Shown here one piece after another: positions 8,857 through 19,692 of a DNA stretch of 59,800 nucleotides. The position numbers and the translations under genes are program-made. The number at the start of each line of letters is the position of its first letter. Within the stretch, counting starts at the first letter, position 1. The DNA lies in contig DAOPZV010000001.1 of NCBI GenBank assembly GCA_035353575.1, forward strand, positions 5,667 to 65,466, written 5' to 3'. The notes below the pieces were generated by a model. That model was not told the DNA's origin, did not search any database, and saw only the letters and a list, made by a program, of their open reading frames with translations. The stretch comes from Prolixibacteraceae bacterium (GTDB lineage: Bacteria; Bacteroidota; Bacteroidia; Bacteroidales; Prolixibacteraceae).

Positions 8857-9915
8857 ATGCATCTACATAATATCATAGACAGCAAGATTCTTAAAGACAA
8901 GTTGTTATCAGAAACGTTCAAAAGAAAGACGATTTCTTTTTACAGGTATTTTATTCTCGAAAACCCCCAGGAACTGCGGGATCAACTTTATCAGGATTGG
9001 TATAAACTCGATTGCTTTGGCCGCATATACATTGCCCGTGAAGGGATTAACGCACAAATGAGCGTACCCGAGCATCATTTCGATTCGTTTATTGAGACTC
9101 TTAAAGAACATGAGATTTTTAAAAATATTCCGATAAAATTTGCGATTGAAGACAATGGAAAATCGTTTTACAAGCTAACTATCAAAGTACGGCCAAAACT
9201 TGTTGCCGATGGGCTCGACGACAATGCATTTGATGTAACCAACGTTGGAAATCACCTGGATGCGTGTGAATTTCACGAACTTGTAGAATCAGGACAGCAC
9301 ATCGTGGTTGATATGCGAAACCATTATGAATCTGAAATTGGACATTTTAAAGGTGCCATTTGCCCTGAAGCCGATACATTTCGGGAAGAAATTACAATGG
9401 TTACCGAAATGCTGGCCGATAAAAAAGATCAGAAAATTTTGCTTTACTGCACTGGTGGAATCAGGTGCGAAAAAGCCAGCGCTTACCTGAAGCACCACGG
9501 ATTTTCCGACGTAAACCAGTTACACGGCGGCATTCTCGAATATGCGCGCCAAATCAAAAAATTGGATTTGGAATCGAATTTTATTGGTAAAAACTTCGTT
9601 TTCGACGAAAGAATGGGAGAATCGGTGAATAACCAAATCATTTCCCACTGCCACCAATGCGGAAAACCTTGCGATACACATGTAAATTGCGCTAACAGCT
9701 CTTGTCATTTACTATTTATACAATGTCCGGAATGCAAAGAAAAATACGACGGTTGTTGTTCCGATGCTTGTTGTACAACAAAAACAGCTCCTGAAGAACA
9801 AAGAATAATCTTCAGGCAAAATCATACAAGAAAATTCGGGAACAGCAAGACATACAGAAAAAGCTTTCTTTTAGTTCAAAAAGCTAATTTTGCCGCCTCA
9901 AGCGAAAAAGTATAA
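8857..9915 (+). CDS. trhO: tRNA uridine(34) hydroxylase TrhO (YceA rhodanese-related)
   Basis: Motifs [28 protein letters not shown] and [13 protein letters not shown]; Cys-rich C-terminus. Confidence 0.9.
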   Translation: MHLHNIIDSKILKDKLLSETFKRKTISFYRYFILENPQELRDQLYQDWYKLDCFGRIYIAREGINAQMSVPEHHFDSFIETLKEHEIFKNIPIKFAIEDNGKSFYKLTIKVRPKLVADGLDDNAFDVTNVGNHLDACEFHELVESGQHIVVDMRNHYESEIGHFKGAICPEADTFREEITMVTEMLADKKDQKILLYCTGGIRCEKASAYLKHHGFSDVNQLHGGILEYARQIKKLDLESNFIGKNFVFDERMGESVNNQIISHCHQCGKPCDTHVNCANSSCHLLFIQCPECKEKYDGCCSDACCTTKTAPEEQRIIFRQNHTRKFGNSKTYRKSFLLVQKANFAASSEKV

Positions 9916-9916
9916 A

Positions 9917-10900
9917 ATGGCAAATTTCTGGAACGAACTTAACCGGCCAATTTTTGCGCTGGCCCCGATGGAAGATGTAACCGATACCTCTTTTCGCGAG
10001 GTTATTGCCACCATATCCGATCCACGATACCTGCATATTTTGTACACCGAATTTACATCGGTTGACGGAATGAATCATGCAATTGGCAAAAAGAGAGTAG
10101 GAGAGCGCCTAATTGTCAGCGATTCGGAAAAGCAAATTCTAAAGCAGAAAAACATTAAGCTGGTTGCGCAGATTTGGGGAAGGAAACCAGAACTTTTTCA
10201 CAAGATTGCCGCTGAAATTACCTCCGAATTCGATTTTGACGGGTTAGATATCAACATGGGCTGCCCTGTAAAAAATGTCGTAAAAAATGGGTGTTGCTCT
10301 GCATTAATCGGCGAACCAAGCCTTGCACAGGAAATCATTTTGGCAACAAAAGAGGCAACTCATCTGCCAGTTTCAGTGAAAACGCGCACCGGAATTAAGG
10401 GGCACGACACCGAAAACTGGATTGCCAACATCATGGAAACCAAGCCTGCTGCGGTTATTCTGCATGGACGCACGCAAAAGCAGCAATCGGATGGTTTGGC
10501 CAATTGGGAAGAGATTGCAAAAGGCGCACGGGTTCGCGATCAAATAAATCCTGACACCTTGTTCCTCGGAAACGGTGATGTTTTATCTGTTCAACAGGGC
10601 GAAAAACTTTGCCAAATCTACGGGCTCGACGGAGTAATGATCGGACGTGGAATTTTTCACAATCCATGGTTTTTTGATCCAACGAAAACAAATCTCACAA
10701 AACAAGAAAAGCTCGACCAGCTGTTGTTTCACACAAAATTGTTCGAACGAAACTGGAGCGGGAGAAAGAATCTCAATATCCTGAAACGATTTTATAAAAT
10801 ATACACAAACGATTTCCCGGGAGCAGCAGCAATACGAGCCAATCTGATGGAAGCTAAAACCTACAGTGATGTTTATCAGACCGTTGATTCTGCAGAGTAA
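9917..10900 (+). CDS. dus: tRNA-dihydrouridine synthase
   Basis: Motifs LAPMEDVTD, DINMGCP, VSVKTR, HGRT, GNGD and GVMIGRG; ATG lies 1 nt after the trhO stop. Confidence 0.9.
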   Translation: MANFWNELNRPIFALAPMEDVTDTSFREVIATISDPRYLHILYTEFTSVDGMNHAIGKKRVGERLIVSDSEKQILKQKNIKLVAQIWGRKPELFHKIAAEITSEFDFDGLDINMGCPVKNVVKNGCCSALIGEPSLAQEIILATKEATHLPVSVKTRTGIKGHDTENWIANIMETKPAAVILHGRTQKQQSDGLANWEEIAKGARVRDQINPDTLFLGNGDVLSVQQGEKLCQIYGLDGVMIGRGIFHNPWFFDPTKTNLTKQEKLDQLLFHTKLFERNWSGRKNLNILKRFYKIYTNDFPGAAAIRANLMEAKTYSDVYQTVDSAE

Positions 10901-10957
10901 AATTCTGAATCTGACCAAAAATTGCTCGTTTGTTCTGGTTATAGTTCAGTAAATAAA

Positions 10958-10965
10958 TATCTTTG
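10958..10965 (+). promoter_or_regulatory. -7 promoter element for the two-component operon
   Basis: TATCTTTG upstream of the ATG at 10992. Confidence 0.55.
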
Positions 10966-10991
10966 ATTAACCAATGCATCAAGGTTGTTTT

Positions 10992-11681
10992 ATGAAGAAG
11001 ATACTTATCATAGAGGACGATCCGGACTTAAACAGAAACATTAAAGAAGCCTTCAACGAGGAACAAATTGAAACCGATGTTGCATTCGATGGCTTGATCG
11101 CGGAGAAATTTCTGAAAAAAGGCAACTATGATTGTGTCATTCTCGACATTAATCTGCCCGGCAAAAACGGATACGATATTTGCAGTGATTTCAGAATATA
11201 CAACACGTCAACCCCCGTGTTGATGCTGACTGCTTTCGATGAACTGGAAGACAAAGTTCAGGGATTTAACAGCGGAACCGATGATTACCTCACCAAGCCG
11301 TTTTACATGAAGGAGCTCATTTTGAGGGTACAGGCCCTCATTAAGCGCCGAAATGCCGAAAATCTCTTGCCTGAAAATAGCGAAGCAGTGACTTTTGACG
11401 ACATTGTTATTCATCCTAAAACGACAAAGGTTTTGAGGCAGGGAACTGAGTTAACTCTCACTGCCAGAGAATACCAAATTTTGCTTCGTTTGGTTCAGGC
11501 AAAAGGAGAATTGGTTTTAAAACGCGACCTGATTAAGGAAATATGGGGAACATCGTTCGACGCAAACACCAATACGATAGAGGTTTATATTAATTTTTTG
11601 AGAAAAAAAGTTGATAAGCCATTCAGCAAAGACTCTATCAAAACAAAAGTTGGATTTGGCTATTACCTTGAAGAAAAATGA
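10992..11681 (+). CDS. OmpR/PhoB family response regulator
   Basis: Receiver domain (LIIEDD, ILDINLP, DDYLTKPF) and winged helix (NTIEVYINFLRKKVD...TKVGFGY). Confidence 0.95.
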   Translation: MKKILIIEDDPDLNRNIKEAFNEEQIETDVAFDGLIAEKFLKKGNYDCVILDINLPGKNGYDICSDFRIYNTSTPVLMLTAFDELEDKVQGFNSGTDDYLTKPFYMKELILRVQALIKRRNAENLLPENSEAVTFDDIVIHPKTTKVLRQGTELTLTAREYQILLRLVQAKGELVLKRDLIKEIWGTSFDANTNTIEVYINFLRKKVDKPFSKDSIKTKVGFGYYLEEK

Positions 11682-13042
11682 GCATCCGTACTAAAATATT
11701 GCTGTATTGCTCTGTAATCACAATCACGCTGGTTGGCATGGTTTATTTCCTGATATACACATTGTTTGCGCAATACAGGGAAACCGCATTTCAACAAAAG
11801 CAGGAACTAAAGATTGAAACAACGCTCGAACTCCTGACTGACATTAAAAATGTTGATAAAGCGCTGATAGAATCAATGGACCAATTGACTATAAACAACT
11901 TATATGACGAAAAACTTCTGATTTTTGATAAAGAAAAGAACCTGATTTATCAGAGTCTCGACGATACTCCAATTTCGAACCCAGAGAAATATTTAAAGGA
12001 ATTATCGCCTGAGAACCGGAGAATTGACGAAAAAGACAGTTTATACGACATTGTTGGAATTTACCTGGAGCACGACAACAAAGCTTTTTATGGAATCAGA
12101 AAGGCTTATGACACCACTGGTTATGCAACTCTGAAATACATTAAAAATGTACTGATAATAAGCTTTTTAGCTATTGTTTTATCTCTAATTCTTATACTTT
12201 ATTATTTATCCGGAAAAATTACACATTCCATTTTAAGTGTTACAAGGCAAATCAAAAACTACCATTTTGAAACCAACGCAAGTCCGATACACGCTGATAA
12301 TTCAAAAGACGAAATCGCTTTACTGGTTACGCGTTTCAACGAGTTAATGCTTCGGATGAATCAGGCTTATCAATTTCAGAAGCATGCAGTTCACCATATT
12401 TCGCACGAACTTAAAACGCCAATTGCAATACTGGTATCAAACTTTGAAAAAATAGAAAAAGAGACTGACCCTCAGAAAATTAAGGAATACATCGCGCTGC
12501 AAAAAGAGGGAACGAAGAGCCTTGGCGACATTATTAATTCGCTGCTCGAAATTGCGAAAGTTGAAGCAGGAAAAAATATTCAGCAGGAAAAAGTACGCAT
12601 AGACGAGCTACTTTACGATATTTCAGGCGAATTGTCGTCGCTGTACCCCGATTTCAGATGTTCAATAGATTATGAAGAAAGCTTGGATGACGAAGCATCT
12701 TTGACTATTTTGGCAAATCCTAAATTGATGAAAGTCGCTCTTTCAAATTTAATGGCCAATTGTATTCAATATAGTTTCGACGGAAATGTGAGGATATTGT
12801 TGTCGCTAAAAGATCAATTTCTGCAAATAAAATATTTCAACAAAGGAAAAACCATCAGTGCCGACGAACAGCAATACCTGTTTCAACACTTCTTCAGGGG
12901 AGAAAACAGCAAAGGGAAACGAGGATTTGGCCTTGGTTTAGTGATGGTTAACAAGATTTTGCTGCTGCATCGGGGCCAGATCAATTACTCCATTGAAGAC
13001 GCGGAAACCAATATCTTCACGCTTTTGCTCCCTTTAAGGTAA
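11678..13042 (+). CDS. HAMP-domain sensor histidine kinase
   Basis: Two TM helices, H-box ISHELKTP, N-box NLMANCIQY and G-box GFGLGL; 4-nt overlap with the regulator. Confidence 0.95.
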   Translation: MSIRTKILLYCSVITITLVGMVYFLIYTLFAQYRETAFQQKQELKIETTLELLTDIKNVDKALIESMDQLTINNLYDEKLLIFDKEKNLIYQSLDDTPISNPEKYLKELSPENRRIDEKDSLYDIVGIYLEHDNKAFYGIRKAYDTTGYATLKYIKNVLIISFLAIVLSLILILYYLSGKITHSILSVTRQIKNYHFETNASPIHADNSKDEIALLVTRFNELMLRMNQAYQFQKHAVHHISHELKTPIAILVSNFEKIEKETDPQKIKEYIALQKEGTKSLGDIINSLLEIAKVEAGKNIQQEKVRIDELLYDISGELSSLYPDFRCSIDYEESLDDEASLTILANPKLMKVALSNLMANCIQYSFDGNVRILLSLKDQFLQIKYFNKGKTISADEQQYLFQHFFRGENSKGKRGFGLGLVMVNKILLLHRGQINYSIEDAETNIFTLLLPLR

Positions 13043-13048
13043 TTTTTA

Positions 13049-13070
13049 TTCATTTTAAGTTCATTTTAAG
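13049..13070 (+). promoter_or_regulatory. Perfect 11-bp direct repeat, likely OmpR-family binding site for the RND operon
   Basis: ttcattttaag ttcattttaag, followed by a -7-like CATATTTG at 13082-13089. Confidence 0.6.
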
Positions 13071-13112
13071 ATGCTGAAGAACATATTTGCACTGTTCTAA
13101 AGCCATCAAAAA

Positions 13113-14312
13113 ATGAGAAATCTAGTTTTACAATTCGGAACATGCAGAAAATCTGCAATTCTGTTCACGCTTGCGGGAGCAAGCATGATGTTCGGCGCAT
13201 GTTCGTCGGCAAAAAAAGAAAACAAAACAGTTGAAAATTTTCAGGTTACAACACCAATTGTAACCGACACGTGCGTTGTAAAAGACTACGTTGCCGATAT
13301 TCAGGCTCTCCAAAACGTAGAATTGCGCTCGAGAGTAAAAGGTTACCTGGATAAGGTAAATGTTGACGAAGGCAAGGCTGTTAAACAAGGACAGGTTCTT
13401 TTCGTGATCAGTAGTTTAGACTACAAAGAAGAACTCACCAAAGCATCGGCTGAATTGAAAAGTGCGATTGCTGACATGAAAACTTCGGAACTTGAACTTC
13501 AGAATGTAAAAACACTTGTTGACACTAAAGTTGTTTCAAAAGCAGAGCAGGATTTGGCCCAAGCCAAGTACGATGCACTGAAAGCCAAAGCTGAAGAAGC
13601 TGCAGCTAACGAATCGGCAGCCAAACTGAACCTTTCATACACCATTATCAGGGCTCCTTTTGACGGAGTAATCAACCGAATTCCGAATAAAGCAGGCAGC
13701 TTAATTGATGAAGGGACTTTGCTGACAAGCATTTCCAACACGAAAGAAGTTTATGCATACTTTAACGTTTCTGAGGAGGAATACCTCACCATGGCAAAAG
13801 ACAACGAAATTGGTGATCAAAAAGAAGTTTCGCTTGTCCTTGCCGACAATCAGCCTTATCCTTACAAAGGTGTGATTGAAACAGTTGACGGAGAAATAAA
13901 TAAAAGTACGGGCAACATTGCTTTCAGAGCTAAATTCGAAAATCCGGAGCAGCTACTGAAACACGGTGCAAGCGGAAAAATCAGAATCGCAAAACCAGTA
14001 AGAAATGCAGTACTGATTCCTCAGAAATCAACCATGGACATTCAGGAAAAAATATTCGTCTATACCGTTGATAAAAACAACCAGGTACAGATGAAAAGCA
14101 TCAACCCAAAAGCAAGACTTTCAAACTATTATATCATCGACGAAAACGATCTGGGTAAAGGCGAGCAATTTGTTTACGAGGGATTGCAACAGATAAAAGA
14201 CGGCGAGAAAATAAATCCGCAATTGATCAAGCTAAATCCGAACAGCGATCAACAGCCTGCTCTTTTTGGCGAGAAATTAAATCACCAGCAACCATCTCCA
14301 GCCAAAATCTAA
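13113..14312 (+). CDS. RND efflux periplasmic adaptor (MFP), lipoprotein
   Basis: Lipobox FGAC; motifs VELRSRVKGYL and YTIIRAPFDG; coiled-coil hairpin. Confidence 0.93.
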   Translation: MRNLVLQFGTCRKSAILFTLAGASMMFGACSSAKKENKTVENFQVTTPIVTDTCVVKDYVADIQALQNVELRSRVKGYLDKVNVDEGKAVKQGQVLFVISSLDYKEELTKASAELKSAIADMKTSELELQNVKTLVDTKVVSKAEQDLAQAKYDALKAKAEEAAANESAAKLNLSYTIIRAPFDGVINRIPNKAGSLIDEGTLLTSISNTKEVYAYFNVSEEEYLTMAKDNEIGDQKEVSLVLADNQPYPYKGVIETVDGEINKSTGNIAFRAKFENPEQLLKHGASGKIRIAKPVRNAVLIPQKSTMDIQEKIFVYTVDKNNQVQMKSINPKARLSNYYIIDENDLGKGEQFVYEGLQQIKDGEKINPQLIKLNPNSDQQPALFGEKLNHQQPSPAKI

Positions 14313-14332
14313 CTCAGTCAGTTTAGAAAGTC

Positions 14333-17300
14333 ATGACATCCAAATTTATTCACAGACCCGTTCTGTCGATAGTCATTTCTTTGATTATCGTGATATTGGG
14401 GGTGCTGGCAGCTATTAAGTTACCTATAACCCTGTTCCCCAGCATAGCTCCGCCAATGGTTGAAGTTACAGTTGAATATCCCGGCGGAAATGCAGAAACT
14501 GTAGCGAAGGCCGCGATTATGCCAATTGAAAAGGCACTGAATGGCGTGCCCGGTATGAAATACATTGCTTCTGATGCCGGTAACGACGGAGTAGGCGTTT
14601 GCGACGTGGTTTTTGAAGTAGGAACCGATCCTGAGGTTGCTGCTATCAACGTACAAAACCGGGTTGCAACGGTCACCAGCCGACTTCCAGCCGAAGTTGT
14701 AAAAAACGGCGTTAAAATTGCCAAGCTCGAAAACTCGATGCTGATGCAGTTAAACATCTTCAGCAACGATCCATCGCTCGACGTGAAATTTCTGTACAAC
14801 TTCGCCGACATTAATATTTTATCCGAATTAAAGCGAATTAAAGGTGTGGGGTTTGCAGATATTCTGGGAGCCCGCGAGTACGCCATGCGTATCTGGCTGA
14901 AACCGGACAAAATGGTAACTTACAATCTTTCGCCCGACGACATTCTAAAAACGCTCGACGATAACAACGTTGAAGCTGCTCCTGGTAAGCTGGGCGAAGG
15001 TTCCGACAGAAGAAGCGAATCGCTCGAATACGTTTTAAAATATACCGGAAAATTCAGTACAAAAGAAGAGTATGAAAACATTCCGGTTAAATCGCTCGAA
15101 GATGGCCAGATTTTGAGGATTAAAGATATTGCCGACGTTGAATTCGGAACATCGTTTTTTGATGTTGAATCGAGGTATAACGGCCGGCCAGCTGCATCAA
15201 TCGTTCTGAAACAGTTACCTGGTTCGAACGCCAATGAAGTTATCGAGTTGATAAAGAAAAGGATGGAGGAAATCAAGGAAGCAAAATTCATTTCCGGAAT
15301 GGATTATGAATACAGCTACGACGTTTCCCGGTTTCTGGATGCATCTTTGCACGAAGTCGTTAAAACAATCATTATTGCATTTATCCTGGTAACATTGGTT
15401 GTGTACGTCTTTTTGCAAGACATGCGGTCAACACTCATTCCGGCAATTGCGGTGCCCGTTTCGCTTGTTGGCACGTTGTTCTTCATCCAGCTTTTTGGCT
15501 TCAGCCTGAACATGATCACGCTCTTTGCACTGGTGCTCGCAATTGGTATTGTAGTTGACAATGCGATTGTGGTTGTTGAAGCAGTTCATGCCAAAATGGA
15601 CGAGCAACACATCGGACCAAAAAAGGCTACAGAAAAAGCGATGCACGAAATCAGCGGGGCTATCGTTGCCATCACACTTGTTATGGCGGCAGTTTTCGTT
15701 CCTGTTTCCTTTCTATCTGGACCAACCGGAATCTTTTACCGTCAGTTTTCAGTAACAATGGGTATTTCCATTGTGCTTTCAGGAATTACTGCACTTACGC
15801 TTTCGCCGGCATTGTGTGCCATGATATTGCGCAACACACATGGAGCGCCTGAGAAAAAAGGATTTTTGGGAAAATTCTTTGGCTGGTTCAACAATTGGTA
15901 CGACGGATTATCGGCTGGATATCAGAAACTATTGGGTACTTTGGTTAACCGAAGAACTGCCACGTTCGGGATTTTAATCGGATTTACCATTGCTACAGGA
16001 TTACTTGGAAAGTTTTTGCATTCAGGCTTTATCCCGAACGAAGACCAAGGCTCGTTTTACATCAGCGTAACAACTCCGGCCGGATCAACGCTAGAACGAA
16101 CAAAATCTGTAATTCAGCAAATTAACGAAGCCGGGAAAAACATTGATGCTATTCTTTCTATCTCAAGTTCTGCGGGATACAATGTTCTTTCTGAAGGAAC
16201 CGGCGCTTCGTATGCAACGTGCCTGGTAAACCTGAAAAACTGGAAAGACCGAAAAGAATCGGCCGACGAAATTATGAGCCAGTTAGAAGAAAACTGCAAA
16301 AGCATAAAAGACGCGAAACTGGAGTTTTTCCCGCCGCCAGCAATTCCGGGATACGGCAATGCCAGCGGGTTCGAGTTAAGAATACTCGATCAAACTCCTG
16401 AAGCCGACTGTCATAAATTCGAGGCCATTGTTAAGCAATTTCTGAAAGACCTGAATGCACAGCCCGAAATTGGAGGAGCGTTTACTATTTACGACGCTGG
16501 CTATCCGGAATACATGATCCATGTAGATTTGGATAAAGCCGCACAACGTGGTGTAACAATTGACAATGCCATGGGTAATCTGAATACATTGCTCGGAAGC
16601 GAATATGCTACCAATTTCATCCGGTTTGGCCAAATGTATAAAGTTATGGTCCAGGCTCTTCCTGAATACAGATCGAAACCAGAGGATTTGAGCAACCTGT
16701 ATGTAAAGAACGACAAAGGCTCGATGTTACCTTACTCATCGTTTATGACGATCCAAAAACAATACGGCGTTGACGACCAAACCCGGTTCAACATGTACAA
16801 TTCAGCTGAAGTAAGCGGCGACGCTGCTCCCGGCTACAGTAGCGGTAGTGCAATCAAAGCTATTCAGCGAACAGTTAAAGAAAAGTTGCCCAAAGGTTAT
16901 GCGATTGACTGGGCAGGTATTTCGCGCGACGAAGTTGCAGTTGGAAACGAGGCAATCCTGATTTTCCTGATTTCGCTGCTCTTTGTTTACCTGTTATTGT
17001 CGGCCCAGTATGAGAATTTCCTTCTGCCATTATCGGTAATTCTATCACTGCCCACTGGTATTTTCGGGGCATACGGGCTTTTATTTGCCATGGGGCTGGA
17101 AAACAATATCTATGCACAAATTGCACTAATCATGTTGATTGGGCTGTTGGGTAAAAATGCAATTCTGATTGTTGAATTTGCCAGCCTGAAACACAAAGAA
17201 GGTAAACGACCGATTGAAGCCGCAATTGAAGGAGCGAAAATAAGGCTTCGTCCAATTTTGATGACCTCATTCGCATTCATCGCCGGTATGGTTCCATTGC

Positions 17301-17488
17301 TCTTTGCCAGTGGAGCGGGAGCAGTGAGCAATCGCACAATTGGAGCTGCTGCTGCTGGTGGAATGTTATTCGGCACTGTTTTCGGATTGATTGTGATTCC
17401 GGGCTTGTATGTGGTTTTCGCAACAATTTCCGATAAAATTGCAAGCCGCAGAAATAAAGAAGAACTTGCTTTAACCGAAGAATTTTAA
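14333..17488 (+). CDS. RND efflux permease (AcrB/HAE1 family)
   Basis: 1051 aa; motifs FIHRPVLSIVIS, LAIGIVVDNAIVVVE, KNAILIVEFA and RLRPILMTS. Confidence 0.96.
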   Translation: MTSKFIHRPVLSIVISLIIVILGVLAAIKLPITLFPSIAPPMVEVTVEYPGGNAETVAKAAIMPIEKALNGVPGMKYIASDAGNDGVGVCDVVFEVGTDPEVAAINVQNRVATVTSRLPAEVVKNGVKIAKLENSMLMQLNIFSNDPSLDVKFLYNFADINILSELKRIKGVGFADILGAREYAMRIWLKPDKMVTYNLSPDDILKTLDDNNVEAAPGKLGEGSDRRSESLEYVLKYTGKFSTKEEYENIPVKSLEDGQILRIKDIADVEFGTSFFDVESRYNGRPAASIVLKQLPGSNANEVIELIKKRMEEIKEAKFISGMDYEYSYDVSRFLDASLHEVVKTIIIAFILVTLVVYVFLQDMRSTLIPAIAVPVSLVGTLFFIQLFGFSLNMITLFALVLAIGIVVDNAIVVVEAVHAKMDEQHIGPKKATEKAMHEISGAIVAITLVMAAVFVPVSFLSGPTGIFYRQFSVTMGISIVLSGITALTLSPALCAMILRNTHGAPEKKGFLGKFFGWFNNWYDGLSAGYQKLLGTLVNRRTATFGILIGFTIATGLLGKFLHSGFIPNEDQGSFYISVTTPAGSTLERTKSVIQQINEAGKNIDAILSISSSAGYNVLSEGTGASYATCLVNLKNWKDRKESADEIMSQLEENCKSIKDAKLEFFPPPAIPGYGNASGFELRILDQTPEADCHKFEAIVKQFLKDLNAQPEIGGAFTIYDAGYPEYMIHVDLDKAAQRGVTIDNAMGNLNTLLGSEYATNFIRFGQMYKVMVQALPEYRSKPEDLSNLYVKNDKGSMLPYSSFMTIQKQYGVDDQTRFNMYNSAEVSGDAAPGYSSGSAIKAIQRTVKEKLPKGYAIDWAGISRDEVAVGNEAILIFLISLLFVYLLLSAQYENFLLPLSVILSLPTGIFGAYGLLFAMGLENNIYAQIALIMLIGLLGKNAILIVEFASLKHKEGKRPIEAAIEGAKIRLRPILMTSFAFIAGMVPLLFASGAGAVSNRTIGAAAAGGMLFGTVFGLIVIPGLYVVFATISDKIASRRNKEELALTEEF

Positions 17489-17492
17489 GACT

Positions 17493-18923
17493 ATGAAAAA
17501 GACTATTATTCAAATCGGTTTTGGCGCTCTAATTGTTGCACTGCTTGGCTCGGGATGCGCCGAAACATCAGTTTTGGAAACGGCAAAACTAAAAAAAATG
17601 CCTGAAACATTTCAGGGAGAAAAAGATACCGCCAACGTTGCCCGGATGAACTGGAAAAACTATTTTTCAGATCCGGCACTGGTTAGCTTAATCGATACTG
17701 CACTTGCAAACAACCTGGACGTACTTTCTGCTGCTCAAAAAATTGAGATTGCCCAGGCAAACGTAAAAATGGCAAAAGGACTTGTTTTGCCAACAATATC
17801 AGCCTTTGCAGCAGCAGGGGAACAAAAATTTGGCGACTACACCATGGACGCCGCCGGTAACCGGGGAACAACAATTTATAAAGACCAATCGGTACCGAAA
17901 AATCTGCAAGACTTCAGCCTAGGGCTACAAAGCTCATGGGAGGTCGATTTCTGGGGGAAACTGAGAAACACCAAAAAAGCGGCTGTTGCCCAATATTTGT
18001 CAACGGTTTCCGGTAAAAACTGGACGGTTACAAATTTGGTTGCCGAAATAGCCTCCGATTATTACCAATTGCTGGCTCTCGACAACGAATTGGAAATTGT
18101 TACCGAAGCCGTTCAGTTACAGGACAGCGCATTACGTGTTGTTAATATTCAGAAGCAGGTTGGCGCAGTTAATGAACTGGCGGTAAAGCAATTTGAAGCA
18201 CAGGTGCTGAGTTCAAAGAAAATGGAAATCGACATTAAACAGCAAATTTCAGAGACCGAAAATCGCCTGAATTTTATGCTTGGTCGTTATCCTCAGCCAA
18301 TTGTTCGTAACAAATCAGGATTCTCTGAATCAATGCCATATCAAATAAAAGTTGGAGTACCAACTGACATGTTGGCAAATCGCCCCGACGTTAAACAGGC
18401 CGAATACGATTTGATGAGCGCCAAAGCAAACTTGAAAATTGCAAAAGCTGCTTTTTATCCGTCGTTCGTAATTACAGCCACAGCAAACAAAGATGCATTT
18501 AAAACGTCGCTGCTGTTTAAGCCCGAATCATTTGCCTACAACATTCTCGGAAATATCGTTGCCCCTGTAATTAACCGAAGCGCGATTAAAGCACAGTTTC
18601 GCACTGCAAAAGCAAGCCAGGTTGAAGCCATCTACAATTACCAAAAATCTATTCTGAATGGATATGTTGAAGTGTACAATGCAATGGTAAACCTGAAAAG
18701 CATAAAACAGGCGCTGGATTTAAAAAGCAAAGAAGTTGATGCACTCAACCAGGCTGTAAGTTCGTCGAACCAATTGTTTAAAACAGGGCGCGCGAATTAT
18801 CTCGAAGTGCTTACGGTTCAGGCAAATGTATTGCAATCGAAAATTGAACTTGTTGAAACAATAAAAAATCAATACAGCTCAGTTATCTCCATTTACAGGG
18901 CTTTAGGTGGAGGATGGAAATAA
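17493..18923 (+). CDS. TolC/NodT family outer membrane efflux lipoprotein
   Basis: Lipobox GSGC; motifs SWEVDFWGKLR and RPDVKQAE; C-terminal YRALGGGW. Confidence 0.95.
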   Translation: MKKTIIQIGFGALIVALLGSGCAETSVLETAKLKKMPETFQGEKDTANVARMNWKNYFSDPALVSLIDTALANNLDVLSAAQKIEIAQANVKMAKGLVLPTISAFAAAGEQKFGDYTMDAAGNRGTTIYKDQSVPKNLQDFSLGLQSSWEVDFWGKLRNTKKAAVAQYLSTVSGKNWTVTNLVAEIASDYYQLLALDNELEIVTEAVQLQDSALRVVNIQKQVGAVNELAVKQFEAQVLSSKKMEIDIKQQISETENRLNFMLGRYPQPIVRNKSGFSESMPYQIKVGVPTDMLANRPDVKQAEYDLMSAKANLKIAKAAFYPSFVITATANKDAFKTSLLFKPESFAYNILGNIVAPVINRSAIKAQFRTAKASQVEAIYNYQKSILNGYVEVYNAMVNLKSIKQALDLKSKEVDALNQAVSSSNQLFKTGRANYLEVLTVQANVLQSKIELVETIKNQYSSVISIYRALGGGWK

Positions 18924-18980
18924 ACGTTAATAAGATGTAGAATTTACAAGTGGACCTAATGTATTGATAGTGATGGCTTG

Positions 18981-19029
18981 GCCAGTCGACCTGAAGATGG
19001 AAAATTGATGGTCGGCTGGCTGTTTTTTT
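18981..19029 (+). terminator. Intrinsic terminator of the RND operon
   Basis: gccagtcgacc ... ggtcggctggc (11 bp, one G-U pair) followed by tgttttttt. Confidence 0.75.
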
Positions 19030-19116
19030 GCGCACCTGTTTTTCGTATTTGTTTTTTAATTCAGTTTGCTATTAATTTGAGCATACTGATTATTAAGAAC
19101 ATTAAACGTTAAACTG

Positions 19117-19671
19117 ATGAATTTTCGCAAAACGCTTCGATCTCTTCACCGCGACTTTGGCTACTTCGTTGTTGGAATAACTTTCGTTTATGTTGTTTCT
19201 GGTATTGCCATGAATCATCGTCAGGATTGGAATCCACACTATTCGGTTATAAACGAAGAAATTACAGTTCCTTCGAATGACCAGATGGAATACTCAAAAG
19301 ACGAGATCAATGCCATCCTTCGAAAATTTGTGAACCATCCGGTGTATAAAAAGCACTACATAACCAAAGATGCCACCGTTAAAATCTTTGTTGAAGAAGG
19401 AACAGTAATTTATACACCACTTGAAGGCAAGGCAGAACTTGAATTGCTGAAACGCCGCCCGTTCTGGTTCCAGATAAACCGACTGCACCTCGCACAAACC
19501 GACAGGGCATGGATCTGGATATCTGATGCCATGTCAATCATCCTTTTGTTTGTAACCATCTCAGGCCTATTTCTTCTGAAAGGGAAATATGGCATCAAAG
19601 GGCGAGGGCTCTGGTTAACCGCATTAGGAATAGTGGTTCCTTTGATATGTATTCTTTTTTTATTAACTTAA
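19117..19671 (+). CDS. PepSY-associated TM helix domain protein
   Basis: Motifs RSLHRDFGYF...SGIAMNH, NRLH and W.WISD...ISGLFL. Confidence 0.8.
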   Translation: MNFRKTLRSLHRDFGYFVVGITFVYVVSGIAMNHRQDWNPHYSVINEEITVPSNDQMEYSKDEINAILRKFVNHPVYKKHYITKDATVKIFVEEGTVIYTPLEGKAELELLKRRPFWFQINRLHLAQTDRAWIWISDAMSIILLFVTISGLFLLKGKYGIKGRGLWLTALGIVVPLICILFLLT

Positions 19672-19692
19672 CCCAAAACAAAAATCAACACT

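Noticed and set aside
14350-17513. Numerous minus-strand ORFs within the RND permease
   Set aside because: Antisense shadows of a long conserved gene, with no recognisable motifs.
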